DNA of 32,000 nucleotides from Methanothermobacter thermautotrophicus str. Delta H (GTDB lineage Archaea; Methanobacteriota; Methanobacteria; Methanobacteriales; Methanothermobacteraceae): NCBI RefSeq assembly GCF_000008645.1, contig NC_000916.1, positions 1,170,001 to 1,202,000 of the forward strand, read 5' to 3'. Shown piece by piece: positions 30,942 to 32,000 of this stretch (position 1 is its first letter; each line of letters starts with the position of its first letter). The notes under the pieces were generated by a model. It saw only the letters and a program-made list of their open reading frames with translations, ran no database searches and was not told where the DNA came from. The position numbers and the translations under genes were made by a program.

Positions 30942-31811
30942 TTATGGATCACGGAGCAGTATACCATCAAATACCATGACGGCATCGCCCTCCATGTAGG
31001 CCCCTAGTTCTGTGCCGTCCTGGTAGACGTCTATTTTAAGTTCCCCTCCTGGAAGGTGCACCAGGACACTGTCATCCAGTTTTTCAAGTTTAACACCCGC
31101 AATTACACTGGCTGTGGCCCCGGTGCCGCAGGCCATTGTGGGTCCAGCACCCCTCTCCCAGGTCACCATGATTATCTCAGAGGGGCTCACGACCTCAACA
31201 AAGTGGACATTTATCCTCTCAGGAAAGAGGGGATGGTTCTCTATTGCCGGTCCAAGCCTGTCAAGGTCCACGCCCTCCGCATCATCAACGAATATTATGG
31301 CGTGTGGATTCCCGACGCTTAGTGCTGTGAGCTTAATGTCCTCACCCTCCACAGGCAGGAACCTGTCTATGAACTCGTATTCCTCAACATCCATGGGTAT
31401 CTGGTCTGTTTTGAATGTTGCGGTGCCCATATCAACCCTTGATGAGACCACTGCACCATCCTCGACCTCCAGTTCCACGGTCTTGATACCTGCGAGGGTT
31501 TCCACCTCCAGTCTCCTCTTCCTCACTATGGCATTGTCATATACAAACTTTGAGAAGCACCTTATACCGTTTCCGCACATCTCTGCCTCGCTTCCATCAG
31601 CATTGAATATCCTGAAGCGGATATCCCCTTCGCCGGATGCAGGCTGGACAAATATAACACCATCCGCACCCACAGAGAATCCCCTGGTGCATACCTCCCT
31701 TACAAACTCTGGCTTCTTATCCTCAGGTATGCACTCCTGGGCGCTCTCATCTATAACCACATAGTCGTTTCCAAGCCCATGCATCTTGGAAAAGAGTATC
31801 ATCCTCGTCAT
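30942..31811 (-). CDS. dapF: Diaminopimelate epimerase
   Basis: [16 protein letters not shown], two catalytic Cys motifs (EMCGNGIRC and ACGTGATA), and [13 protein letters not shown] lies 7 nt upstream of ATG 31811. Confidence 0.92.
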   Translation of the reverse strand: MTRMILFSKMHGLGNDYVVIDESAQECIPEDKKPEFVREVCTRGFSVGADGVIFVQPASGEGDIRFRIFNADGSEAEMCGNGIRCFSKFVYDNAIVRKRRLEVETLAGIKTVELEVEDGAVVSSRVDMGTATFKTDQIPMDVEEYEFIDRFLPVEGEDIKLTALSVGNPHAIIFVDDAEGVDLDRLGPAIENHPLFPERINVHFVEVVSPSEIIMVTWERGAGPTMACGTGATASVIAGVKLEKLDDSVLVHLPGGELKIDVYQDGTELGAYMEGDAVMVFDGILLRDP

Positions 31812-31816
31812 CAGAT

Positions 31817-32000
31817 CTACCTCTTCAGAAGTCTTGCAGGTACATTCTGTCCCCTCAGGAGGTCAGAGAAGGTCTCCCTCTCCCTGACAACATCAACCTT
31901 GCCTTCCCTCACAAGGACCTCAGCGGGTCTTGGCCTGGAGTTGTACTGGGAGGACATTGAGAAGGAGTAGGCCCCTGCGTTCATGATGGCAAGGACATCG
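31817..32000 (-). CDS. lysA: Diaminopimelate decarboxylase, C-terminal fragment (the 5' end lies outside the window)
   Basis: The minus strand translates to [60 protein letters not shown], the conserved LysA C-terminus. It lies directly upstream of dapF. Confidence 0.85.
   Translation of the reverse strand, partial: DVLAIMNAGAYSFSMSSQYNSRPRPAEVLVREGKVDVVRERETFSDLLRGQNVPARLLKR

Noticed and set aside
31114-31764. 216-aa plus-strand ORF
   Set aside because: It is antisense to dapF, which has both catalytic Cys motifs.

Overview
This window looks like an archaeal chromosome segment from a Methanobacteriales, Methanothermobacter-like organism. That call rests on recognisable protein sequences and on the frhADGB gene order. 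About 27 kb is densely packed conserved housekeeping. It contains grpE-dnaK-dnaJ, RNase P RNA with an initiator tRNA-Met directly upstream, map, the frhADGB F420-reducing hydrogenase operon, and two PAC2-family genes. It also has a tandem tRNA-Arg pair, EndoQ, the rpl44e-rps27e-aIF2alpha-nop10-PAC2 operon, GINS-PCNA, TFS and a Nudix gene. Further along are DUF99-rpoL-csl4, dph2, hpt, srp54, pus10, rpl21e-rpoF-DUF655-rsmA, a membrane protein/XRE regulator/HemK-like methylase trio, and dapF-lysA. The exception is a visibly AT-richer accessory island of about 3.5 kb (about 27.4-30.9 kb) between the methylase and dapF. It holds three tandem cassettes. Cassette 1 is a Sec-exported, sequon-rich C39-type cysteine peptidase with a variable cationic Trp/Tyr-rich tail of about 80 aa, followed by a small 4-TM protein. 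Cassette 2 is an N-terminally truncated orphan copy, about 98% identical over about 330 bp, with a different tail and a different 4-TM protein. Cassette 3 is a heavily decayed copy. The conserved/variable boundary matches a double-glycine leader motif, the cleavage signal of C39 peptidases. This suggests a self-processing, cassette-switchable archaeocin or polymorphic-toxin-like system with cognate immunity genes. Two conserved genes (dnaK and a PAC2-family gene) carry single-base homopolymer frameshifts. I found no CRISPR array, transposase or integrase.
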